Origin: Candidatus Nomurabacteria bacterium
GTDB lineage: Bacteria > Patescibacteriota > Minisyncoccia > Phycocordibacterales > UBA9973
DNA length: 64,000 nucleotides
Assembly: GCA_026395955.1 (NCBI GenBank)
Contig: JAPLXR010000008.1
Span: 5,179-69,178, forward strand
Direction: 5' to 3'
This document shows positions 10,370-20,311 of the stretch, piece by piece. A program made the translations under genes and the position numbers. Under the pieces are notes generated by a model that saw nothing but the letters and a program-made list of their open reading frames with translations, had not been told where the DNA came from and searched no databases. Positions within the stretch are counted from its first letter, which is position 1, and the number at the start of each line of letters is the position of its first letter.

Positions 10370-10678
10370 TTAGTGTATCTGTAGAGGTACTGTTAAATTT
10401 TGGCCAACTTCGTTAAAAATTGTTGGTTGTCCATCATGAATTTTTTGCATATTTTCTAAAAAAGCATTCCAAAAAAAATTAACAGGATGTTGCAAATATT
10501 GATTCCAAAAATTAATTAATGAAGTTTGTATTTGATGATAAGTATTTATTACTTGATCATTAATAAAAATAGCTTGTAGGTCTATATGTAAGTATTCTTT
10601 TAAAATAACAAAAATAAATATAGCGAGAACTATCGCGCCCAATATACTGACAGCACCTTTTTTGTATTTATTTTTCAT
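10370..10678 (-). CDS. small membrane protein with prepilin-like leader
   Basis: MKNKYKKG followed by a hydrophobic helix AVSILGAIVLAIFIFVIL. Confidence 0.65.
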   Translation of the reverse strand: MKNKYKKGAVSILGAIVLAIFIFVILKEYLHIDLQAIFINDQVINTYHQIQTSLINFWNQYLQHPVNFFWNAFLENMQKIHDGQPTIFNEVGQNLTVPLQIH

Positions 10679-10687
10679 TAAATTATT

Positions 10688-10822
10688 TTAAATAATACTA
10701 TGAAACATACCAGCGAACCAATTGAAAATACCAGTGAGCGTTAAACCAAAATAATGCATTAGGAATACTACTACAACGATAAATATTATTAATTGGAGGA
10801 AACCACCTTGTTGATTTTTCAT
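10688..10822 (-). CDS. 44-aa prepilin-like membrane peptide (absent from the ORF track)
   Basis: Manual translation MKNQQGGFLQLIIFIVVVVFLMHYFGLTLTGIFNWFAGMFHSII; TGTTAAAAT promoter 8 nt upstream. Confidence 0.7.
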   Translation of the reverse strand: MKNQQGGFLQLIIFIVVVVFLMHYFGLTLTGIFNWFAGMFHSII

Positions 10823-10860
10823 ATGATTAAATTTTAACATATTTTTAATATATAAGACAA

Positions 10861-12156
10861 TTATTTATATGATGGTAAATAATACATAGGATCTAAATAG
10901 GCATTAATAGCTGCTATTGGTTGAGTTAGATTTTTGCCAGGACAAGATTTACTAGGTAAAGTTTTCATTTCTACTGCATCTTTTGGATACATTGAAACAT
11001 GTAAATGTGGGCCGGTAGAATAACCCGAATTACCACTATAACCTACTACTTCACCTCTCGACACCCTCTCTCCTATTGAAACTTTTATTAAAGAAAGGTG
11101 GCCATAAGTACTAGCCAAACCATTATCATATTTTATTAGAATTAGTTTGCCGAAAGATACACCTTTACATTGTAGATCTGTATCGTTTGTACCTGCTACT
11201 ACACCATCAGCCATAGCTTTGACTGGAGTACCAATAGCTGCACGAAAATCAGTTCCATTGTGTGTTCCACTTGCATACAAACGTGTTGAACCTTCTGTTT
11301 TTCCAAACATTTGTGTTACATAAACATTATCAAGAGGCCAAGAAAGAACACCTTTCCCTGGTAATTTTTTTGGATCGAGAATGTATTTTAATTGAGATTC
11401 ATAATTTCTAATATCAGCTTCAAATGCATCTTTTTTTGCTAATCTATCTTTTAATAAGATTTGATAATTAGCTTCATTATTTTTTGTGTCAGCTAAAAGT
11501 TTCTTTTTTTCTGCTGTATTTTGATCTACTATTTTTTTTTGATCAGCAAGTTTTGTTTTTAGTGCTACTAGTTCATTTCTAGCATCAGTGGTAACTTTTT
11601 TAGTGTCTTCTAAATCATTTTTTGTTTTTTGTAATTCTTTTGTTCTAGTCCTTATTTTTTCTTGAATTGTTGAAATATTATCTATATCATTCCAAATATC
11701 AGAAAAATTATTTTCTGATATTAATATTTCTGGTATTGAATTTAATTCAACTTCATTTATGTTTTTTAATTCTAATTTTATAGCTTCAGTATTATTTGTT
11801 ATAGAATCTTGCTTGTCTCCAATCTGAGAACTTAAAGTATTTATTTTAGAATTTGTATTTTCAATCTTTTTTTGAGTTACAGAAATATTTGCAGTAAGTT
11901 GTTTTTTACTTAAATCTAGTTGTTGTAAAGATACATTTAATGAATCTTTTTGTTTACTTAAATCATTTAATTGGTTATTAAATGATTTAATCTCTTTTTC
12001 TAGATTAGCTATGTCGTTGTTACGTTGATTAATTTGATTTTGTAAATCTTCAGCTGTTTGAGCGTATATTTGTATGTTTGTGCATACAAAAAACCCTAAA
12101 ATAATAAAACTGAATATTAATTTATAAAGCTTTTTGTAATCTAGATAATGTTTCAT
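10861..12156 (-). CDS. coiled-coil M23 peptidase (EnvC/murein hydrolase-like)
   Basis: Signal/TM, long coiled coil, HNGTD and GPHLH zinc motifs. Confidence 0.9.
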   Translation of the reverse strand: MKHYLDYKKLYKLIFSFIILGFFVCTNIQIYAQTAEDLQNQINQRNNDIANLEKEIKSFNNQLNDLSKQKDSLNVSLQQLDLSKKQLTANISVTQKKIENTNSKINTLSSQIGDKQDSITNNTEAIKLELKNINEVELNSIPEILISENNFSDIWNDIDNISTIQEKIRTRTKELQKTKNDLEDTKKVTTDARNELVALKTKLADQKKIVDQNTAEKKKLLADTKNNEANYQILLKDRLAKKDAFEADIRNYESQLKYILDPKKLPGKGVLSWPLDNVYVTQMFGKTEGSTRLYASGTHNGTDFRAAIGTPVKAMADGVVAGTNDTDLQCKGVSFGKLILIKYDNGLASTYGHLSLIKVSIGERVSRGEVVGYSGNSGYSTGPHLHVSMYPKDAVEMKTLPSKSCPGKNLTQPIAAINAYLDPMYYLPSYK

Positions 12157-13459
12157 TTTTTCCTAAAATTTCTGAAATAATAAAAGGATCTGGTGACTTA
12201 TCTAACCCTGATAAAGCAAAACGTATTGGGTGTAATAATTCACCTCTGCTAGATAATGAATCGGCTATTTTCATCAATACTTCTTTTGTGTTTTCTTTCG
12301 TAAAATTATTTTCTGGTATTTCTTTTAAAGCTGAAATAGCTGAATTTATATTTGCATTTGTTTGTTCAGCTGTTGTGTTTTTATAGATTAATTTTGCTTT
12401 ATCATAAATAGGTTCTGTAAAGAAAAAATTATACTCCCCTATTTCAAAATGTTCTTTAATTTGACCAAAATGAGTAATTCTATCTATTAAAATATTAGAC
12501 ATTTTTTGAATTCTTTCGTTATTAAATTCTGGAAGATTTTTTACATTATCTGGAATAAAATTTAAAATAAATTCCATTTTTTTGTTTTCAGGTAATAATT
12601 TGATGTGTTCTTTGTTGACCCATTCTAGTTTTTCAGGATTAAATATAGCTCCTGGTTTTTGCATTCTTTCTAAAGAAAATTCTTGAATTAATTCATCTAA
12701 TGTAAAAATTTCTTTTTCTCCTCCTGGATTCCATCCTAAAAATGCCATAAAGTTTATCAAACCTTGTGGTAGATATCCTTCATCTTTATATTCTAGAGAT
12801 GGACGAACTAATGGATCACGTTTTGAAAGTTTAGCTCTTTCTTCGTTTAAAATTACTGAACCATGAGCATATACAGGGCGTGGAGCACCGATAGCTTCTT
12901 GAATTAATATCTGTCTTGGAGTATTTGAAACGTGTTCTTGTCCACGAATGATGTGTGTAATATTCATTTCAAAATCATCTACTACAACAGTAAAATGATA
13001 AAGTGGGCTTTCTATGTCACGAGCGATAATAAAATCACCCAACTCGGTAGTATTAAAAGATAATTCTCCTAAAACTTCATCACGAAAAGTAACTATTTTG
13101 TTTGGGTTTCTAAAACGAATGACTTCACTCCTTTGTCCTTCTTCTTTCACTTCTTCTTTGGAAATATAAATTTTATCTTCTTCTAAAAGTTTGTGTAAAT
13201 ATTTTTTATAAATTTCTGTGCGTTCTGATTGACGGTAATATTCATCATATTCTAAACCCAGCCATTTAAAAACATCTAAGAAATAATCTTCGTATTCTTT
13301 TTTAGAACGAACAGGATCTGTGTCTTCACATCTTAGAATGAATTTACCGTTATATTTTCTAGCATAAAGGTAATTATAAAGAGCAGAACGGATACCTCCA
13401 ACATGGAATTTACCTGTAGGGCTCGGTGCGAACCTAGTTATGACTTTTTGTTCTGACAT
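12122..13459 (-). CDS. gltX: glutamate--tRNA ligase
   Basis: TRFAPSPTGKFHVGG, LRCEDTD, THIIRGQEH, KLSKR. Confidence 0.96.
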   Translation of the reverse strand: MSEQKVITRFAPSPTGKFHVGGIRSALYNYLYARKYNGKFILRCEDTDPVRSKKEYEDYFLDVFKWLGLEYDEYYRQSERTEIYKKYLHKLLEEDKIYISKEEVKEEGQRSEVIRFRNPNKIVTFRDEVLGELSFNTTELGDFIIARDIESPLYHFTVVVDDFEMNITHIIRGQEHVSNTPRQILIQEAIGAPRPVYAHGSVILNEERAKLSKRDPLVRPSLEYKDEGYLPQGLINFMAFLGWNPGGEKEIFTLDELIQEFSLERMQKPGAIFNPEKLEWVNKEHIKLLPENKKMEFILNFIPDNVKNLPEFNNERIQKMSNILIDRITHFGQIKEHFEIGEYNFFFTEPIYDKAKLIYKNTTAEQTNANINSAISALKEIPENNFTKENTKEVLMKIADSLSSRGELLHPIRFALSGLDKSPDPFIISEILGKNETLSRLQKAL

Positions 13460-13498
13460 TTAGATAATATAACATTTTTTGTTATATTTTAAAAGTTT

Positions 13499-14629
13499 TT
13501 ATTTTTCGTGTTTCAGTGCAATATCAACAATAGCTTTTGCTATTTTTTCTCCAGCATCTATTTTGTTGAAATTTTTAGCACTCTCTGCCATTCTTTCATA
13601 AGTAATTTTGTCTCCTAAAATTCTTTCTATTTCTGCAACTAAAATATTTGCAGTCATATTCATTTCTTCTATTACACTACAAGCACCAGCGCGAGCGTAA
13701 TTGAAAGCATTTTTCTTTTGATGATCCATATTTGTTTTTGTAATTGGAATTAAAATAGAAGGAATTCCCCAAGTAGATATTTCAAAAAGACCTGATCCTG
13801 CACGAGAAACTATAATACTAGCTACTCCAGCAGACATCTTTAATTCAAGATTATTCAAGAATGCTTTTTTCTGATATCTAGATTTATTTACATTATTAGC
13901 TAATACAACTTCTGATCTTTCGTCTACCATTTTAAAATTTCTAACTCCTGTTTGGTGTATAACTTGAAAATTTTCGACTAGTCTAGGTAAGGCATCTAAA
14001 ATAACATTATTTATTAATTCAGCTCCTTGTGAACCACCTAGAATTACAACAACTGGAATATTGGATTCCAATTTCCAATACTGCAAAGCTTCAGCTCTAG
14101 AAGTTTTTTGTGTAATTTCTGATCTTATTGGTTGACCTGTCCAAGCTGTTTTATCTTTTGGAAAATAAAGTCCAGCTTCTTCAAAAGAAATAGCTATTTT
14201 TTTAGCAAATCTTCCAGCCCAAAGATTTACACGTCCTGGCGCAGAGTCTGATTCATGAATTACTACAGGAATATTTAATATTCTAGCTGCTACTAGTGTT
14301 GGAAATGAAGCATACCCACCTTTACCAAAAATAACATCTGGATATATTGAATATATTTTATATGTTGCAGAAAAAATTGCTAAAAAAGTTTTAATCATAT
14401 CAGAAAAATTTTTCATAGAAAAATAAGTTCTCATTTTCCCTGTTTTTATTTCTTCATAGATTAAACCATTTTCAAACAAAGCCTCTTTATCATAAGGACT
14501 ATCAGAAATATAATACAATTTTGCATTTAGTATTTTTTCTTTATCTATTATTTTGTTTACATTTTGAGCAACAGCAATTATCGGATAAAAATGCCCACCT
14601 GTACCACCACCTGTAAAAACTATTTTCAT
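13499..14629 (-). CDS. murG: undecaprenyl-PP-MurNAc-pentapeptide GlcNAc transferase
   Basis: TGGGTGGHFYP, KGGYAS, HESD, GGSQGA, SRAG, HQKKNA. Confidence 0.96.
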   Translation of the reverse strand: MKIVFTGGGTGGHFYPIIAVAQNVNKIIDKEKILNAKLYYISDSPYDKEALFENGLIYEEIKTGKMRTYFSMKNFSDMIKTFLAIFSATYKIYSIYPDVIFGKGGYASFPTLVAARILNIPVVIHESDSAPGRVNLWAGRFAKKIAISFEEAGLYFPKDKTAWTGQPIRSEITQKTSRAEALQYWKLESNIPVVVILGGSQGAELINNVILDALPRLVENFQVIHQTGVRNFKMVDERSEVVLANNVNKSRYQKKAFLNNLELKMSAGVASIIVSRAGSGLFEISTWGIPSILIPITKTNMDHQKKNAFNYARAGACSVIEEMNMTANILVAEIERILGDKITYERMAESAKNFNKIDAGEKIAKAIVDIALKHEK

Positions 14630-14638
14630 ATATTGTAA

Positions 14639-15745
14639 TTATTTATTATTTTCTCGTTGTAATTTTGAAACTTGCAATACTATTCCTATTGCCATCAAAT
14701 CTATCATAAATGAAGTCCCTCCCTGACTCATAAATACCAATGGTACTCCGGTCAAAGGAAATACTCCTGTAATAGAAGCAATATTCATAAATGATTGTGC
14801 TGTGATAAGTATAACAATTCCAGAGACTAAAAGTCTACCAAAAGGATCTGGGCTACGGTTTGCAATACGAAGCCCACGAAAAGCAAAAAGTACATAGAGA
14901 AATATAATACTCACACTACCTACAAATCCGAGTTCTTCTCCTATAACTGCAAAAATAGAATCCCCTTGTGGTTCTGGTAAATAGCTAAATTTTTGAATAC
15001 TTTGTCCATAACCTCTACCAAAAACTCCACCTGAACCAATAGCAATAAGTCCTTGTTGTAGTTGATAAGACGAACCTTGTGAATCTTCTGATGGATGTAT
15101 AAAAGTATTTACACGAGCTTTTAAATAAGGAGTGAAAAATACCAACCCACTTAATAGTAAGGCAATAGATAAACCAATACCTACGATATATTTCCATGAT
15201 GCTCCAGAAATAAAAAGCATTGATACTCCTGTTATGAAAATCAAAATAAAACTTTTTGTGTCTGGTTGTTTAAATAATACTGCAGCAATAATCGCGAGCA
15301 TTATTCCAAGTGGTAACATCCCATATTTAAAGTCTTCAACTTTATTTTTTGCCCAAGCTAACCATGCTGCAAAGTAAATAACAAAAGAAAATTTTAGAAT
15401 TTCACTTGGTTGAAAAGATATTGGACCGAGGGCTATCCACCTTTGTGCTCCTCCATGTTTGAATCCTAAATGTGGAACGAAAACCATGGCTGTTAGAATA
15501 ATCGCTCCTAAAAAAATATAGAATGCATTTTTACGCCAAAATTTATATGGTATTTTTAAACAAAAAATCATACCGATAGTACCAAAACCGAGACCCAGTA
15601 TTAGTTGACTTACAAGTACAGAATAAAAAGTGTGTTGATTTTTTACTAAAATTCCAAGTGAAGCGGAAATAAACATTGCTACTCCTATGATAAGTAGAGC
15701 AATAATTATTCCTAAGAAAAATTTATCTATTTTCTTTTCTTTCAT
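14639..15745 (-). CDS. ftsW: SEDS family peptidoglycan polymerase FtsW/RodA
   Basis: GAQRWI, FQPSEILK, QPD, YLPEPQGD, PLTGVPLVFMSQGGTS; flanked by mraY and murG. Confidence 0.88.
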   Translation of the reverse strand: MKEKKIDKFFLGIIIALLIIGVAMFISASLGILVKNQHTFYSVLVSQLILGLGFGTIGMIFCLKIPYKFWRKNAFYIFLGAIILTAMVFVPHLGFKHGGAQRWIALGPISFQPSEILKFSFVIYFAAWLAWAKNKVEDFKYGMLPLGIMLAIIAAVLFKQPDTKSFILIFITGVSMLFISGASWKYIVGIGLSIALLLSGLVFFTPYLKARVNTFIHPSEDSQGSSYQLQQGLIAIGSGGVFGRGYGQSIQKFSYLPEPQGDSIFAVIGEELGFVGSVSIIFLYVLFAFRGLRIANRSPDPFGRLLVSGIVILITAQSFMNIASITGVFPLTGVPLVFMSQGGTSFMIDLMAIGIVLQVSKLQRENNK

Positions 15746-15746
15746 T

Positions 15747-16805
15747 TTAACTTATCATAGCTAAAATTATTCCAATAATTGCAAAAATTACAGATAAAAC
15801 CCAATAACGCATAGTTACTTTATAGCTAGGCCAACCTAGACTTTCAAAATGATGATGAAGTGGTGCAACTCTAAATATTTTCTTACCAAAATATTTTTTA
15901 GATATTATTTGAATAGTTGAAGATAAAGATGTTATAACTAAAAGAAAAGCAATTATAGGTAAAATTAAAACAGTATTAGTAAGGAAAGCCAGGACTGCTA
16001 TAACTATAGTTAATGGCATTATCCCTGTTTCTCCCATATAAAATCGTGCTGGCGGAATATTGAACCATAAGAAGGCTAATATTGCTCCTGTTACAACCCC
16101 ACAAAATGCTGCTATATCTATCTGATTGTGCAATATCCCGATAAATGAATATGATGCAAAAATAGAAGCGAGTACTCCGCCTGAAAGTCCATCTAATCCA
16201 TCTATTATTCCGCCAGAAAAAGACCCAAGCATTACTAAAATAACAAAAGGAATTATTAATAATCCTAACTCCCAAGATCCGCCGAATGGTATATGTATAG
16301 AATGAATTCCTAATTTAAAGAAAAACCAATATCCTGATAAAAGACCAAATAAAGTCACTATTGAAAGTTTTAATTTTGTATACCAATTAGAATCCCTTGT
16401 AATATTTGATTTGCCATTTATTTCTAGTAAATCATCTATCAGTCCTAGAATTGAACCCAATATAAATAAAGTAAAAGGGATAAAAGTTTGAGACCTACTT
16501 AAAAAATTTAATTTAGCGAATGAATCGTTTTGAAAAATAATTGAAAGTATAAAGAATAGTAATGTTGTAAATAAAACTGAAACCCAAATTATTATTCCTC
16601 CTACGCATGGCGTAGATGCTTCACCTTTTTCTTTTTTTTCATGAATTGCTTGAAAAGCTAAAGACATATCATCTTCTTTGTTTCGAAGTTTTTTCTTCCA
16701 CATTTTATATTTAAAAAAATAATGTGTTGCAAATGGTGTGAAAAAAATACCAAATACGAATGCTATTGTTGTAGGTAAAAATATTTTAATTAAGTTTGTA
16801 ATCAT
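15747..16805 (-). CDS. mraY: phospho-N-acetylmuramoyl-pentapeptide transferase
   Basis: TPCVGG, GLIDD, DGLDGL, FLWFNIPPARFYMGETG, APLHHHFE. Confidence 0.95.
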   Translation of the reverse strand: MITNLIKIFLPTTIAFVFGIFFTPFATHYFFKYKMWKKKLRNKEDDMSLAFQAIHEKKEKGEASTPCVGGIIIWVSVLFTTLLFFILSIIFQNDSFAKLNFLSRSQTFIPFTLFILGSILGLIDDLLEINGKSNITRDSNWYTKLKLSIVTLFGLLSGYWFFFKLGIHSIHIPFGGSWELGLLIIPFVILVMLGSFSGGIIDGLDGLSGGVLASIFASYSFIGILHNQIDIAAFCGVVTGAILAFLWFNIPPARFYMGETGIMPLTIVIAVLAFLTNTVLILPIIAFLLVITSLSSTIQIISKKYFGKKIFRVAPLHHHFESLGWPSYKVTMRYWVLSVIFAIIGIILAMIS

Positions 16806-16822
16806 AAAAATAGTATATCAAA

Positions 16823-17377
16823 TTATATTGATTCTGACTCGTTTTCTTTTTCAAAATTTTGAATTTCTGTTTCTATCTTAGGATTTATTTCCGTAAAATT
16901 TGGCAATTCAGCTACTGATTTTATTCCCATAAATGAAAGTAATTCAAAAGTTGGTTTATAGATGTATTTTCTATTATCTTTTGGATCAGTTAATTTTTCG
17001 ATAAGTCCACGAATAGAAAGTGCTCGTAAGATAAAGCTTGAATTTACTCCTCTGATATAGTCTATTTCAGAGCGACTAATACCATTCTTGTATAAAATTA
17101 TTGAAAGTGTTTCTAGACTTGATTTTGAAAGGTCTTTGTTGAGTTCTTCTTTTTGTAATTTTTCTATTAATTCAGATATTTCAGGATTAGTACCTAGATT
17201 TATTTCATCTTCTTTTACTGATAAAACTATTCCCCTATTTTGTAATCTCGTTGATAGATTTATCACGGCTTCTTTTGTTTCTTCTTTTGAAACTTTTAAA
17301 AGACTGCTCAAATTATGTATTGATACAGGTTCACCTTTGAAAAAAAGTATTGCTTCTATTTTTGCTTCTAAGTCCAT
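16823..17377 (-). CDS. scpB: SMC-Scp complex subunit ScpB
   Basis: IEAILF, LSKSSLETLSII, SRSEIDYIRGVNS, LPNF. Confidence 0.93.
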   Translation of the reverse strand: MDLEAKIEAILFFKGEPVSIHNLSSLLKVSKEETKEAVINLSTRLQNRGIVLSVKEDEINLGTNPEISELIEKLQKEELNKDLSKSSLETLSIILYKNGISRSEIDYIRGVNSSFILRALSIRGLIEKLTDPKDNRKYIYKPTFELLSFMGIKSVAELPNFTEINPKIETEIQNFEKENESESI

Positions 17378-17378
17378 A

Positions 17379-18149
17379 TTATAAATTATTTTCGTTAGCT
17401 ATTAATGTTTCTTTTTCTATTATCATATCTTGAAAATTTTCATTTTGAATTACATTTACCACACCTTGCCTTACCATTTCAAGCATAGCAAGAAATCCAA
17501 CAATTACAACCACTCTCTCCTCTTTTGTAAAAGCTCTCCTTTCTCCATTATGTCCTGTAAATTCTTTGAAATTTAATTGTAATGAATTTTGAATTCTTTG
17601 AGTCAGATCATCTATCATTTCTTCAATACTGATGACTTTCTTTACTTCTACCTCGTGCAATGCAACCTTTTTAGGAATTTTTTCTAAAGCTTCTGATACC
17701 AATGTATACATTGTCTGTATATCTATATGTATATCAGGTACAAATATTTCTTTTTCAAGTTTCCTCTCGAGGGGAGAGAAAATAATATTTTTTCCAAATT
17801 GTTCTTTTACATTTATTGCTAATTTAGAAAAAACTTCGTACAAACGAAGTCTATCTTCCAAATTCACTATCTCCCCTTCTTCTTCAGAAGTTAAATTCAT
17901 GTTTGGAAGGAGTGATTTTGATTTGATTAAAATTAGGGTTGCCGCAACAACTACGAAATTGGAAATTTCAGCTGGGCTTAAATTGTCTAACTTATTAATA
18001 TAGTTTATATAGTCTTCGGTAACTTGAGCGATAGATATTTCGTTCACGAAAAGTTTCCTCGATTCAATCAAGCTTAAAAGCAGTCCAAAAGGACCTTCAA
18101 AACCTGTAGTTTTAACTATATAAGAATTTTCTGAGATTTCCTCTTCCAT
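17379..18149 (-). CDS. scpA: SMC-Scp complex subunit ScpA (kleisin)
   Basis: FEGPFGLLLSLI, AATLILIKSKSLLP, FLAMLEM. Confidence 0.93.
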   Translation of the reverse strand: MEEEISENSYIVKTTGFEGPFGLLLSLIESRKLFVNEISIAQVTEDYINYINKLDNLSPAEISNFVVVAATLILIKSKSLLPNMNLTSEEEGEIVNLEDRLRLYEVFSKLAINVKEQFGKNIIFSPLERKLEKEIFVPDIHIDIQTMYTLVSEALEKIPKKVALHEVEVKKVISIEEMIDDLTQRIQNSLQLNFKEFTGHNGERRAFTKEERVVVIVGFLAMLEMVRQGVVNVIQNENFQDMIIEKETLIANENNL

Positions 18150-18189
18150 CCTTATATAATAGCATTTTTTATTTTTTAATAAAAATTTA

Positions 18190-19575
18190 CTATTTTTTTA
18201 ATTGTATGCCAAGTTCTTTGAGTTGTTTATCGGATGCAAGAGAAGGAGCACCCATCATCAAATCTTTACCTTCACCAGTTTTTGGGAAAGCAATTACTTC
18301 ACGAATATTTGGTTCATTTTGAAGCAACATAACAATACGGTCAATTCCTTGTGCACAGCCTCCGTGTGGTGGAGCACCGTATTCAAACGCTTCGAGCATG
18401 TGACCAAAACGAGCTTCGATGAGTTCTTTTGAAAGTCCTAATAATTCAAAAATTTTATTTTGTAATTCTCTTTGGTGAATACGAATACTTCCTCCGCCGA
18501 GTTCATAACCATTTAGAACGATATCATAAGCGTTTGCACGAGCAGAAAGCGGATCAGTCTCGAGTAAGTGCGCATCTTCAGCTTTTGGTGAAGTAAATGG
18601 ATGGTGCACTGCTTGCACTCCACCTTCAGAATCTTTTTCAAACATTGGGAAATCTACTACCCAGCAGAATGCGAGTAAGTTTGAATCTTCTTTGTTTTCA
18701 CGAAGGTCTGGTTTGTCATTTCCGTATTTTTCCATTGATTCTGCATAAGTAAGACGTGGAAATGGAATTTGTTGAATTTTCTTTTCTGGATAAACAGTTT
18801 GCACCATTTTAATAAACATTTCTTCGGTATAAGAAATAATTTCTTCTTGTGTTATAAAAGACATCTCGTAGTCGAGTTGAGTGAACTCTGGTTGGCGGTC
18901 ACCACGAGTATCTTCATCACGCATACATTTTGCAATTTGAAAATATTTTTCTAAACCACCCACCATTGCGAGCTGTTTGAATTGTTGTGGTGATTGTGGA
19001 AGCACATAAAAGTTTCCTGGTTCAAGTCGAGATGGTACTAAGTATTCTCGAGAACCTTCAGGTGTCCCTTTTGTCATAATCGGAGTTTCAATATCAAGAA
19101 ATCCATTTTCATGCATGTAGTTACGGAAAAATGTCACGATCTTGTCACGCATACGTAAGTTTTTCTGCATTCGTTCTGTACGAAGATCGAGGTATTTATA
19201 TTTCATGCGAAGATCTTCATTAATTCCACTTGTATTTTCATTTACTTGGAATGGTGGAGTTTTTGCTTCATTTAAAACTTCAATAGTTAAAACTTCGAGT
19301 TCTACATCACCATTTACAACTCCAATTTTTATATTCTTTTCAGGGCGAGCGTTTACTTTTGCATTAATTTTCAAAACCCATTCAGGACGGATTTCTTTGG
19401 CTAAAGTGATGGCTTCACTATTTGGCAAAGTAACACATTGTATTTTCCCAGTCATATCACGCATATCGAAAAAGACCATTTTCCCTTGGTCTCGACGGAT
19501 ATCTACCCATCCAGCAATGATAACTTCTTCCCCTACTTTTGTATTTAAATCTTTAATATATGTTCTATTTTGCAT
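18190..19575 (-). CDS. aspS: aspartate--tRNA ligase (short form, GAD insertion largely absent)
   Basis: OB fold, LRMKYKYLDLR, LPQSPQQFKQ, RDED.RGDRQPEFTQLD, GAPPHGG. Confidence 0.95.
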   Translation of the reverse strand: MQNRTYIKDLNTKVGEEVIIAGWVDIRRDQGKMVFFDMRDMTGKIQCVTLPNSEAITLAKEIRPEWVLKINAKVNARPEKNIKIGVVNGDVELEVLTIEVLNEAKTPPFQVNENTSGINEDLRMKYKYLDLRTERMQKNLRMRDKIVTFFRNYMHENGFLDIETPIMTKGTPEGSREYLVPSRLEPGNFYVLPQSPQQFKQLAMVGGLEKYFQIAKCMRDEDTRGDRQPEFTQLDYEMSFITQEEIISYTEEMFIKMVQTVYPEKKIQQIPFPRLTYAESMEKYGNDKPDLRENKEDSNLLAFCWVVDFPMFEKDSEGGVQAVHHPFTSPKAEDAHLLETDPLSARANAYDIVLNGYELGGGSIRIHQRELQNKIFELLGLSKELIEARFGHMLEAFEYGAPPHGGCAQGIDRIVMLLQNEPNIREVIAFPKTGEGKDLMMGAPSLASDKQLKELGIQLKK

Positions 19576-19636
19576 GTTTAAACTTTATCATAATTTGGCA
19601 AAATAAAAAAGCCTCTCATTACTGAAAGGCTTTAGG

Positions 19637-20236
19637 CTATTTGCCGTTGCATTTATGGTCTTCTGTTTTATTATTTATTTCTTTTTTTACAGGACAAAGT
19701 ATTAAACTCCATATTTCTGTACTTATAAATTTTCCATTGATGTATTTATCATACTCCATTGTTCCTTCATATTTAAAACCAAGTTTTTTTGGAATAGCTT
19801 TGCTTTCTTCATTTTCAGTATTAATCATTATAACTATACGATGCAAGTTATATTTTTCTCTACCGATTTCAATAATTTTTTGAACTGCCTTAGTAACAAT
19901 ACCTCTTCCTTCATATTCTTCAGATATCCAGTATTCTATTTCACCTTTTTTATGTGTTTGGTTAATACGATGAAAACCTCCAGAGCCAATCATTTTGTCT
20001 TTGAAATAAATTCCAAAATCGCAACTAGTTCCTCCTTCATATCCTATTAAGTATTTATGTGCAAATTCTTTAATATAAGAAAAAGCATTTGCTTTGTTTA
20101 TCCAATATAAAAACTTACCTAGATGTTCTTTGTTATTTTGAATTAAATTAAAAAGCTCCTCGGCTTCATTCTCTGTTCTGATTCTTAATTCAATATCAGA
20201 ATCTACTTTTACTACATAAGGTGATTTTCCTTGCAT
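19637..20236 (-). CDS. RimJ/RimL-type GNAT acetyltransferase
   Basis: EIEYWISEEYEGRGIVTKA, ENEESKAIPKKLGFKYEG. Confidence 0.88.
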   Translation of the reverse strand: MQGKSPYVVKVDSDIELRIRTENEAEELFNLIQNNKEHLGKFLYWINKANAFSYIKEFAHKYLIGYEGGTSCDFGIYFKDKMIGSGGFHRINQTHKKGEIEYWISEEYEGRGIVTKAVQKIIEIGREKYNLHRIVIMINTENEESKAIPKKLGFKYEGTMEYDKYINGKFISTEIWSLILCPVKKEINNKTEDHKCNGK

Positions 20237-20311
20237 ATTTATTTGTAATTTACAATTATATTTTATTATAATGTAACATTTTTAATTAAATATGTCAAAA
20301 ATCTTTTTTGA

